Assembly (NCBI GenBank): GCA_963674865.2 | Contig: CAXXYE010000004.1 | Coordinates: 96,001-160,000 of the forward strand | Direction of reading: 5' to 3' | Length of the DNA: 64,000 bases | Source of the DNA: Candidatus Hydrogenedentota bacterium | GTDB lineage: Bacteria; Hydrogenedentota; Hydrogenedentia; Hydrogenedentales; SLHB01 | Shown: positions 9,458 to 17,338 of the stretch, piece after piece | Numbering within the stretch: position 1 is the first letter of the stretch | Layout of the letters: each line of letters starts with the position of its first letter | Made by a program: the position numbers and the translations under genes | Notes under the pieces: generated by a model | Databases searched by the model: none | What the model was told of the DNA's origin: nothing | Seen by the model: only the letters and a program-made list of their open reading frames with translations

Positions 9458-10822
9458 GTGGCCGGCGTCCTTCACGAAGGCCCGCGCGATGTCCCGATTG
9501 TGCACGAGTGCGATCTGTGCGTTATCGGCGGAAGTTGTACCGGCGTGTTCGCCGCCGTAAGGGCCGCTCGTCTGGGCGCGCGAGTTGCCGTTGTGGAGAA
9601 CAATGGCTTTTTTGGAGGCGTGGCCACAGCGGGCTTGGTGAATGTCTGGCACTCCCTCCGTGATACCGCCAAAGAGATCCAGATCATTGGTGGGCTCACG
9701 GCCGAAGTCATTGAACGTCTTGTGCGGCGGGACGCCGCCATCATCGCGGGCGATACGCCGAGTCGCCATGTTGTGCTCAACAGCGCGGAGCTCGCCATCG
9801 AGTTGGACGCGTTGGTGGATGAGTGCCCCGCGATTCGGCCCTTTCTGCACGCCCGTTTCGTTGCGCCCCTCGTCGAGGATGGCCGCGTAACGCATGCCAT
9901 CATCGAGGACAAGTCCGGCAGGCGCGCCATTCGCGCCGCGTACTTCATCGACGCCAGCGGCGACGGCGATTTGCTGGTGCGCGCGGGATTCCCCTTCAAC
10001 AAGTACTCGGCAATGCAGCCCCCATCCACGTGCGCCGTTTTTCAGGGCCTGGACGATGTCAAGCGACAAACTCCTGGATTTGATCTGGGCAAGGCCGTCT
10101 TCGATCCCCAGCGCCCCAACAGCCTTCCCAGTGGCTTCCTTTGGGGCGCGGAAGTGCCCGGCTGCCCCGGCCTACGGATGGTCGCGGGCACGCGCGTCCA
10201 CGGGGCCGACTGCGCTGACGCCGATGCGCTGACGCGCGCAGAAATGGAGGGACGTCGCCAAGTACGTGCCATGCGCGATATCGTGCGCGAGAACTTCCCG
10301 GGCGGTGAGGCCTTCTCCCTCGTCGCCGTCCCATCCCATATCGGCGTGCGCGAGACACGCCATGCGGTGTGCCGTCATCGCCTTACGGAGGAGGAGGTGC
10401 TGGAGGGTGTGCGTTTCCCCGACGCCATCGCAAACGGCAGCTACCGCGTGGATATCCATCACGCGGATCGAGGCGGCCTAACCTTCCGCTATCTTGACGG
10501 CACCGAGGAATGTGTTGTTCCAGGCAAGCCTACGGAAAGGGGGCGATGGCGGGAAGCGCGGGAGGTGAATCCTACCTACTACCAAGTACCCTATCGCAGT
10601 CTCATACCGGAAGGCGCAAAGAACCTCCTCGTGGCAGGAAGGCTGATCGATGCGGACACCGGCGCCTTCGGGGCGTCCCGCGTCATGGTGAACTGCAATC
10701 AATCCGGCGAAGCCGCGGGAATGGCGTGCGCCTTGGCCCTCGAGCACGGTATAGACGTTTCCGATGTCGATCCTGCTGAACTGCGTGCCACACTGTCAGA
10801 GGGCGGCAGCGTCATCCTCTAA
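9458..10822 (+). CDS. FAD-dependent oxidoreductase (FAD_oxidored-type)
   Basis: DLCVIGGSCTGVFAAVRAARLG, FIDASGDGD, IGVRETR, YQVPYRSLIP, NLLVAGR. Confidence 0.88.
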   Translation: MAGVLHEGPRDVPIVHECDLCVIGGSCTGVFAAVRAARLGARVAVVENNGFFGGVATAGLVNVWHSLRDTAKEIQIIGGLTAEVIERLVRRDAAIIAGDTPSRHVVLNSAELAIELDALVDECPAIRPFLHARFVAPLVEDGRVTHAIIEDKSGRRAIRAAYFIDASGDGDLLVRAGFPFNKYSAMQPPSTCAVFQGLDDVKRQTPGFDLGKAVFDPQRPNSLPSGFLWGAEVPGCPGLRMVAGTRVHGADCADADALTRAEMEGRRQVRAMRDIVRENFPGGEAFSLVAVPSHIGVRETRHAVCRHRLTEEEVLEGVRFPDAIANGSYRVDIHHADRGGLTFRYLDGTEECVVPGKPTERGRWREAREVNPTYYQVPYRSLIPEGAKNLLVAGRLIDADTGAFGASRVMVNCNQSGEAAGMACALALEHGIDVSDVDPAELRATLSEGGSVIL

Positions 10823-10847
10823 TCATTGCGTGGGTTTGCCGCGAGGG

Positions 10848-12161
10848 CTATTCAGCCGCGCCTGAGTCCTGCTTGTCATTAACAAAACCGTGGCGCGCCA
10901 TTTTCCCCCGAATACGCTCCAGCCGGTGCCGGAAGTCCTGGGCGTAACCTTCGTCGAAGTCGAGCGCTCGGCCCAGAGAGGCGCGTGTTTCAAGTAGTTC
11001 GAGCGTTTCTACGCAGAGGCGCTCGGCCGCGCCGAACTCGCGCGCTCGATGCTCGAGATATTTCGCCAGTTCAAAGCGCGGCTGGATGGCCCTGGGATGT
11101 TCATCGAGTAGGAGCCGCCAAGTGTCCGCCATCCGCGGCCAATCCTTGAGCCGCTTGAGGGCCAGGCCCATCAGCCGCAGGCACTCCTCGCGGATGTAGT
11201 CCTGCGTCTCGGATTCCAGTAGGCGCTCCCCGTGCGATACCACTTCCGGGAAGCGCTTCTCACGGAAATGAAGGCGCACAAGCGATAGCCGATCCTCATC
11301 ATGCTCGAATCCAAGCCCTTCGGGCGTTTCCAGACACTGCGATAGCCAGCCGGCCAAGGCCACGAGCGACAGGATGTCCATCTGGTGATGGTAGAACACC
11401 TTCTTCAGCAGGCCCGCGTCGCGTGAATAGAGGTAGTCCAGCCAGATCTGCGGGATCTCCGCGCTCGGTATGTCCCCGTGCCTCTCGACGCCCAGTACCG
11501 TCCGCTCGACGTTTCCCAGACTGCAATCGCGAAGGCGGAGCTTGTAGAACCGGCGCGCCGCGTGAACCAGATCGAAGTGCATCGCGCTGTCTAGACGAAA
11601 CCGCGCGCGATTTGTGATGAATCGCGTCCGGAGCAGCGGTACGTCGAAGCTCTTTCCGTTGTAGCTCACGACGGTTTCGGAACGCGCGAAGAGGCGATCG
11701 AGATACTGAAGCATGGCCTCTTCCTCATCGTAATCGCGCATGAAGCACTGCTCGAGGCGGAACACGTCCCCCTCGAAGTAGCCCGCCCCTACCAGGAAGG
11801 CCACCGTGCCCGTTCCGCCCGCCAGGCCCGTCGTCTCCGTGTCCATGAAGAGCGTCGTTCTGGGATCAAAGGCCGCCAACTCCGCGTCTGCGGCAGATAT
11901 CGCAATGTACTCAGGAATCGAATCGAGCGCCCTCCCGAGCGGGACGTGCCCCTGCAGTATGTCCAGCGGGAACTCCTGCTTTACCAAATAGAAGTTGCCT
12001 CGCTCATTCGTGACGACCTCCCCCGGCACGAGCCTATCGATTTCGAATTCGCCCGCCGTGCGGCGCTCGGAACGCTCCTCCGCCTGCCGTTGCCATTCCG
12101 CGCCCGTCATTATCCCCTTATTCGCGAGGAGGGCTTTGAGCCTATCACTGACTTGCGACAA
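10848..12161 (-). CDS. mrfB: YprB/MrfB-like DEDD (RNase_H_2) exonuclease with C-terminal TPR-like helices
   Basis: FMDTETTGLAGGTG, SYNGKSFDVP, HFDLVHAARR, SLGNVE, HHQMDILSL; co-oriented downstream of a YprA helicase. Confidence 0.85.
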   Translation of the reverse strand: MSQVSDRLKALLANKGIMTGAEWQRQAEERSERRTAGEFEIDRLVPGEVVTNERGNFYLVKQEFPLDILQGHVPLGRALDSIPEYIAISAADAELAAFDPRTTLFMDTETTGLAGGTGTVAFLVGAGYFEGDVFRLEQCFMRDYDEEEAMLQYLDRLFARSETVVSYNGKSFDVPLLRTRFITNRARFRLDSAMHFDLVHAARRFYKLRLRDCSLGNVERTVLGVERHGDIPSAEIPQIWLDYLYSRDAGLLKKVFYHHQMDILSLVALAGWLSQCLETPEGLGFEHDEDRLSLVRLHFREKRFPEVVSHGERLLESETQDYIREECLRLMGLALKRLKDWPRMADTWRLLLDEHPRAIQPRFELAKYLEHRAREFGAAERLCVETLELLETRASLGRALDFDEGYAQDFRHRLERIRGKMARHGFVNDKQDSGAAE

Positions 12162-12230
12162 GATGTGCTGCCTCTATTGGCCTAGAGGGTTGTGGGCCGT
12201 GTTGATGCTAAACTCGCGATTGTCACTTCT

Positions 12231-13292
12231 TCAATCCCTGAAGGCGCTACCATGTTGGATGATGAGGTCCTTCTGATGCACATACGACCAGAACAGAATC
12301 ATGAACGTGAGAAGTGCATGTCTGCTGGCCGAGGCGAGCACCGGCCAGAATCTCGAGTCACGGATTCGAGCAAGAAACTCAGGCTTGTACCTGACAACTG
12401 AGGACATGTGAAAGAAGAGCAGCGCTATGGGAAGTTCCTCGGGGAGCAGGAGCTGCTTCCCAGAGACGGGAGTGAGGAGGAAATCAGAATGGGGCTGGTA
12501 GATCAAGTATGTCCGAAGCTGTCTTCTGATCTCGTCCTCTGACTGGCTCAGATCGCCTACTAAGCGTGCCTTAAGAGGTCGAATCGGATCTCCCAAGAAC
12601 TCGTTCTTGTTCCGCCGTTGGAAGTTCTTTAGAACCTTCAACTTACTTTTGCCCACTGTCGTCGACTTGTCCAGCGTTTGTACCTTGGCGCGTGGAACAT
12701 CCTTGCCATTCTTCGGATTTGTTATGACATCAAGAGAAATGGCGGCAAGTTGCGGGTGGCGTCCTGTTGCAAGCTCATATTCTATGCCAATATTCCTAAT
12801 GTAAGGATAGACTTCGCCCATCTTGATCGTTTGCTGCTTCACAAGGGCTTGCCCGGTTATCGTTTTGTAGAACAAAGGCAGGGCGCCGCCTTTTTTCACT
12901 TCTATTGACTCTGTCAGGACGCTTTGGCTCTTCTTGCTGTATCCTTTGTAGACGGCACCGTGGTGGCGGTTCCTAGCCAGTTCGTTGTGAAACGGGCCCA
13001 GGAGGATATAGATCTTCATGAAATCCAGGATCGCGTAGTACGCTGGTAAGAAGGATACTTCCGTAGAGCCCGTCAAGCTTAGATCGATAAGGTCCAGGGC
13101 GGTCTTGACGTGCGAGACGATCTCTTTTGCACGCTCCTTGCCCGTGCCTTTGGCGACCCCGTGGTACCGAGTCATCACATCGAGAACATACTGCGTGGAA
13201 CTCAGGTATTGGATCAGGGTGAGCACGTCATGGATGGGGTCTAGGTCGGAACAAATGACGTGGTCGTCTTTGTATCTTCCGATGCTCTTCAT
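12231..13292 (-). CDS. YaaC-like family protein, function unknown
   Basis: N-terminal FLPAYY...HHG and C-terminal LFFHMSSVVRYKPEF resemble YaaC-family motifs; lower GC than flanks. Confidence 0.6.
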   Translation of the reverse strand: MKSIGRYKDDHVICSDLDPIHDVLTLIQYLSSTQYVLDVMTRYHGVAKGTGKERAKEIVSHVKTALDLIDLSLTGSTEVSFLPAYYAILDFMKIYILLGPFHNELARNRHHGAVYKGYSKKSQSVLTESIEVKKGGALPLFYKTITGQALVKQQTIKMGEVYPYIRNIGIEYELATGRHPQLAAISLDVITNPKNGKDVPRAKVQTLDKSTTVGKSKLKVLKNFQRRNKNEFLGDPIRPLKARLVGDLSQSEDEIRRQLRTYLIYQPHSDFLLTPVSGKQLLLPEELPIALLFFHMSSVVRYKPEFLARIRDSRFWPVLASASRHALLTFMILFWSYVHQKDLIIQHGSAFRD

Positions 13293-13457
13293 TCTGTTTG
13301 GGCCTTCCTTGGGCCTGCCATGTTATGGGTTGTCCTTGCGGGATCTCGCCTGGCTGAATGGGACAAACATCTTGTTGAAGGTGAGCGTTCTGCCTCAGTT
13401 AGGCTAGCACCGTGTCTTGCCGCTGATCGAGAGTATGTCCAGTTGCCCTTTCTTCAC

Positions 13458-13550
13458 CTAGCCCCGTTAGGGGCGGTATGTTCTAGCCCACGGCGTGAGC
13501 CGTGGGAAAATGCCCCATCCCAACGGTAAGCCCCGTCAGGGGCGACATAA
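13458..13550 (+). repeat. Triple-hairpin REP-like unit 1
   Basis: GCCCC-GTTA-GGGGC, CCCACGGC-GTGA-GCCGTGGG, GCCCC-GTCA-GGGGC-GACAT; lies just beyond the tnpA stop. Confidence 0.9.
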
Positions 13551-13559
13551 AACGTGTGG

Positions 13560-14012
13560 TTACGCCCAAAGCTCTGTCCGGTCATAGGAGACTCCATGTT
13601 TCTCCAATAACGCGACCAACTCCTCCTCGAAGGACTGTACGCGATGGTGTTCGTCTTGGCTCTCGATGTATCGAGCGACCGCGCGCGAGCTGGATTGGCT
13701 TACGCTGAATGCCCCATACCCACTCTGCCACGCGAAGGCGTACTGGTTAGGCCATTTGGCGTGGATCCATTTCGAGGAATTCGCCTTCACCAGACGAACA
13801 ATTTCGGCAATAGAACGCGATGGAGGTGAGAGAATCAGCAAATGAACGTGGTCCGCTGTCCCGCCGATCTTTAAGCCCGAGCAATCACATTGACGCAGGA
13901 TGCCTCCGAGGTAGGGGTAGAGTTCCTGCCTGACCGCAGTGGCGATAAAGGGGCGCCGTTCTTTGGTGCCGAACACCACGTGCGTGAGGAGCTTCGTGAA
14001 CCGATGCGACAT
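13560..14012 (-). mobile_element. tnpA: IS200/IS605-family HUH (Y1) transposase TnpA, REP-associated (RAYT-like); no tnpB
   Basis: 150 aa; HVVFGTKERR, DHVHLL (HUH), VKANSS, WQSGYGAFSVS, RYIESQDEHH with catalytic Tyr. Confidence 0.92.
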
Positions 14013-14013
14013 G

Positions 14014-14110
14014 TTATGTCGCCCCTCCGGGGCTTATGTGGTTTAGGTTGGGGGCGTGTTCCCAGGGCTTGCGCCCTGGGCTAGAGTATGCCGCCCGCCG
14101 TGGCGGGCTC
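14014..14110 (-). repeat. Triple-hairpin REP-like unit 2, inverted, abutting the tnpA start codon
   Basis: Reverse complement reads GCCCGCC-AC-GGCGGGC, CCCAGGGC-GCAA-GCCCTGGG, GCCCC-GGA-GGGGC-GACATAAC-ATG. Confidence 0.88.
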
Positions 14111-14199
14111 TCAATATGACTTGCGGTATTCGTGCGTGCGTGGTACGGAGTGGTCGGGGAGGGGACTTGGATCGCGCAACGGACACGTTCCGTTCGAGC

Positions 14200-14713
14200 G
14201 GCCCCATGAGAAGTGGCATGATTCGGCGGACGGCGCAAGCCGTGGGAGGATGCCTTATCCCGGGAACAGGCTGGGGTGGGGGCTATGTGAGAGGATATAC
14301 GGCGCAGGCTGTGGGGGCGCTCTGCATTCCGAAGTCGAGCGTCGCCGGGGGAGCGGCGCTTGGATTTGTTGTTCGTATTGCGGTCGGTGCACTGACATCG
14401 GGGGGCAGTAGCCCTGTTAGGGGCGGTATGGTTTAGCCCACGGCGTAAGCCGTGGGAAAGCGCCCCACCCCAACGATAAGCCCCATCGGGGGCGACATGA
14501 CAGAACAAGCAGGACGGGCCGTTGTAGGAGTACTCCTTGCCCGGAGGTCGGGCGTTTACGGGGGCGCGGTGTGTGTGCTTGGCGTTCGTGTTCCGGCCGC
14601 AGCATTGACCTGCCGGCGCGACAGCCCCGTCAGGGGCGAAATGCTCTAGCCCACGGCGCAAGCCGTGGGAACAGACCTGAGCCCAACGGTGAGCCCCGCG
14701 AGGGGCGACATGA
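14200..14713 (+). repeat. Tandem array of three REP-like units (14200-14290 degenerate, 14408-14500, 14621-14713) with ~210/213-bp period
   Basis: Units at 14408 and 14621 align gaplessly to unit 1; the two inter-unit spacers resemble each other. Confidence 0.85.
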
Positions 14714-14776
14714 GACGTGTGTCTATATTCAAGACTCTGTCTAATCACGATAGATATCCTGTGCTATAGCTTTTCC

Positions 14777-17050
14777 TCACCCTCCCAGCGCGGCGCGGGC
14801 GAGTTTCAACGCGGTGTCCTTGCCGTGGTTTCCGGCCTCGAGCGCCGTACCCACGCAACTCGGGCAGCCTTCCTTGCACGGGCACTCCGTCAGGAGCGAT
14901 ATCGCGGCTTCGAGAAGCCGCCTGTGATGGGTGTACAACTTGTCGCTGAATCCCACGCCGCCGGGATAGACCTCGTAGAGGTAAATGCTTGGCTGGCCCG
15001 AAAACGGCGCCCGCACCATGGGCTGCGCGCGGATATCGCTCGGATCGCACAACACCAGCACGGGCGCCACCTGCCGTAGCGAATTCGCCAGGGCGTGCAG
15101 CGCTTCACCCACTTCCTTCTCCTCGAGTCCGTACCGCTCGCCGGTATCTTCAGGAAACGCCAGCCAATACGCCGACGTGTGCATCGTGGACTCGGGCAAA
15201 TGGATCTCGCCCCATCCGACGTTTTCGTGCGTGCCGAACTTGATCTTCTTGTACATCGTCGGCAGCCACGTCACGCTGACCTCACCGAAGTTCCTCTCGG
15301 CGCCGCCCACTGACTCGTTATGGAAGCAGTCCAACACCTTCAGATCGACTTTCACCTGCGCGTCCGTGTAGTAATCGACCTCCACCGGCCGCGCGTACGC
15401 CTTGCGATCCTCGAGATCCAAGTCCTCGATGGTGTACTGGGCGCTTTGGTGCATGTATACCGCGTTTTGATATACCTCAACCGGCGCCGAGAAGAGGTCC
15501 ACCTCGCCGATCACGCGCCCATTATCCGACGTGTCCAGGATGACGACATTCCCCGGGGCGGCCGTCCGCAGGCTGATCTCCTCCGCGGGATACGTATCTG
15601 CGCTCCAGTGCCATTTCCCGCCGACATGGCGCAGCACTCGATTCTCCGCCAGATACTCGAGGATCTCGTGAGTCGAGGCCGCGTCCAGGCCAAAGGCCTC
15701 CCCGTCCTCAAAGGGCAATTCAAAGGCCGCGCACTTGATGTGGCTCGCCACGATGATGAGGTTCTTCGAGTCTATCGTGCCGCTCTCCGGCGGCTGATCG
15801 AAGAAGTACTCGGGATGATTGATGATGTATTGATCCAAGGGCGAACTCGTGGCAACCATCACCACCAGCGACACGCCCGAGCGCCGGCCTGCGCGCCCGG
15901 CCTGCTGCCACGTGCTCGCCACGCTCCCCGGATAGCCCGTCATCATGCACACGTCCAGTGAACCGATGTCGATGCCGAGTTCCAGGGCATTCGTGCTGAC
16001 GACAGTCATGATATCCCCATCCCTTAAGCCCCGCTCGATCTCCCGGCGCTCCGTGGGGAGGTAGCCGCTGCGATAGCCGCGCACCAGGTTGTGATCCTTC
16101 GAGAGCCGCCGCACCGCGTCCTTGAGGTACGTCGTCAGAATCTCCACCCGGAGCCGGCTCCTGGCAAACACAATCGACTGAATATCCCGCGAAAGGAACT
16201 GCGTGGCCAACCGGCTGACCTCCTTCACCGAGGATTTGCGAATGCCTAGCTCCGCGTTCACGACGGGCGGATTGTAGAACAGGAAATGCCGCTCGCCCGT
16301 GGGCGCCCCGTTCTCGTCAATAAGGTGGATGGGCTTCTCGACGATCCGCTCCGCCATCTCCCTCGGATTCTCGATAGTCGCGCTGCAACAGATGAACTGC
16401 GGATCCGAGCCGTAGAACGCGCAAATCCGCTTCATTCGCCGCAGCACGTTGGCCAAATGGCTCCCGAACACGCCGCGGTAATGGTGGATTTCATCGATGA
16501 CGACGAACTCCAGGTTCTCGAACAAGCGCAGCCAGATCGTGTGGTGCGGCAGGATGCCCGTGTGCAGCATGTCCGGATTCGTGACGATGATATGGCCCGC
16601 GGCGCGGACGGCCTTACGCGCCGATGCCGGCGTATCCCCATCGAAGGTGTACGTCCCGATCTTGACGCCCAGCTCGTCAATCGTGCCCGTGAGTTCGTTC
16701 ACCTGATCCTGCGAGAGCGCCTTGGTGGGGAACAGGTAGAGCGCCCGCGCCTTCGGATTGCTCATGATGCGATTCAGCACCGGCAGGTTATAGCAGAGCG
16801 TCTTCCCCGACGCCGTCGGCGTCACCACGCAGACGTGTTCGCCAGCCAAGACGGCCTCCGCCGCCTCACGCTGGTGCGTGTAGAGATCATTGATCCCGCG
16901 ATTCTTCAGCGCCGTGACGAGCGTGGGATCCAAGCCCGGCGGGAATCCCGCATAACGCGCTGGACGCGCCGGTACCGTATGCCACGTCGTCAGATTCCGG
17001 CTAAACTGAGGATCTGCCTTCAAACGCTCCACAACTTGAGCGACGTTCAT
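14777..17050 (-). CDS. mrfA: YprA/MrfA (SftH/Hrq1-like) DEAH helicase with C-terminal DUF1998 Zn domain
   Basis: LYTHQ, TPTASGKTLCY, LFPTKALSQDQ, DEIHHYRGVFGSH, STNALELGIDIG, QQAGRAGRR, YPGGVGFS, CPCKEGCPSC. Confidence 0.92.
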   Translation of the reverse strand: MNVAQVVERLKADPQFSRNLTTWHTVPARPARYAGFPPGLDPTLVTALKNRGINDLYTHQREAAEAVLAGEHVCVVTPTASGKTLCYNLPVLNRIMSNPKARALYLFPTKALSQDQVNELTGTIDELGVKIGTYTFDGDTPASARKAVRAAGHIIVTNPDMLHTGILPHHTIWLRLFENLEFVVIDEIHHYRGVFGSHLANVLRRMKRICAFYGSDPQFICCSATIENPREMAERIVEKPIHLIDENGAPTGERHFLFYNPPVVNAELGIRKSSVKEVSRLATQFLSRDIQSIVFARSRLRVEILTTYLKDAVRRLSKDHNLVRGYRSGYLPTERREIERGLRDGDIMTVVSTNALELGIDIGSLDVCMMTGYPGSVASTWQQAGRAGRRSGVSLVVMVATSSPLDQYIINHPEYFFDQPPESGTIDSKNLIIVASHIKCAAFELPFEDGEAFGLDAASTHEILEYLAENRVLRHVGGKWHWSADTYPAEEISLRTAAPGNVVILDTSDNGRVIGEVDLFSAPVEVYQNAVYMHQSAQYTIEDLDLEDRKAYARPVEVDYYTDAQVKVDLKVLDCFHNESVGGAERNFGEVSVTWLPTMYKKIKFGTHENVGWGEIHLPESTMHTSAYWLAFPEDTGERYGLEEKEVGEALHALANSLRQVAPVLVLCDPSDIRAQPMVRAPFSGQPSIYLYEVYPGGVGFSDKLYTHHRRLLEAAISLLTECPCKEGCPSCVGTALEAGNHGKDTALKLARAALGG

Positions 17051-17083
17051 GCTGGACTACCTCTTCTTTGCACCGACATCTGA

Positions 17084-17112
17084 ATATTACATCAGTAGAT
17101 CGAAAAGCACAA
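17084..17112 (-). promoter_or_regulatory. Candidate sigma70 promoter of the helicase gene, overlapped by a palindrome
   Basis: Minus strand TTGTGC-17 bp-TAATAT; CTGA-N8-TCAG at 17080-17095. Confidence 0.5.
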
Positions 17113-17338
17113 CTGTGGCTAATCAAGATGGCGCCAGCACGAACTTGCCGGGAAGCGAGAAAGCGGGACTATCATAGTTGGAGGAAGGCGCGAGCTGGTG
17201 TGTCACGTGTCTGCCATATTTCATGAAATAGTCCCACCGGGACGCCCAAATCCCGCCAATCCTGTCGAGATTTAGCCCCGCCCGTGAGCCCTTCTCTGCC
17301 CACTGACTGTGCTGGCTACTGTCCAAGGGTGTGCCGGT

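Noticed and set aside
13458..14713. Repeat-spacer pattern as a CRISPR array
   Set aside because: Units are ~93 bp, one is inverted, the spacers are homologous to each other, and there are no cas genes
13560..14748. IS605-type element with tnpB or an omega-RNA
   Set aside because: No RuvC/Zn-finger TnpB or IscB ORF is adjacent, and the YaaC-like protein shows no such motifs
14777..17050. Helicase as a DISARM, Druantia or Dpd defence component
   Set aside because: Its 757-aa size, linked YprB exonuclease and lack of methylase, PLD or other partner genes fit the MrfAB repair type
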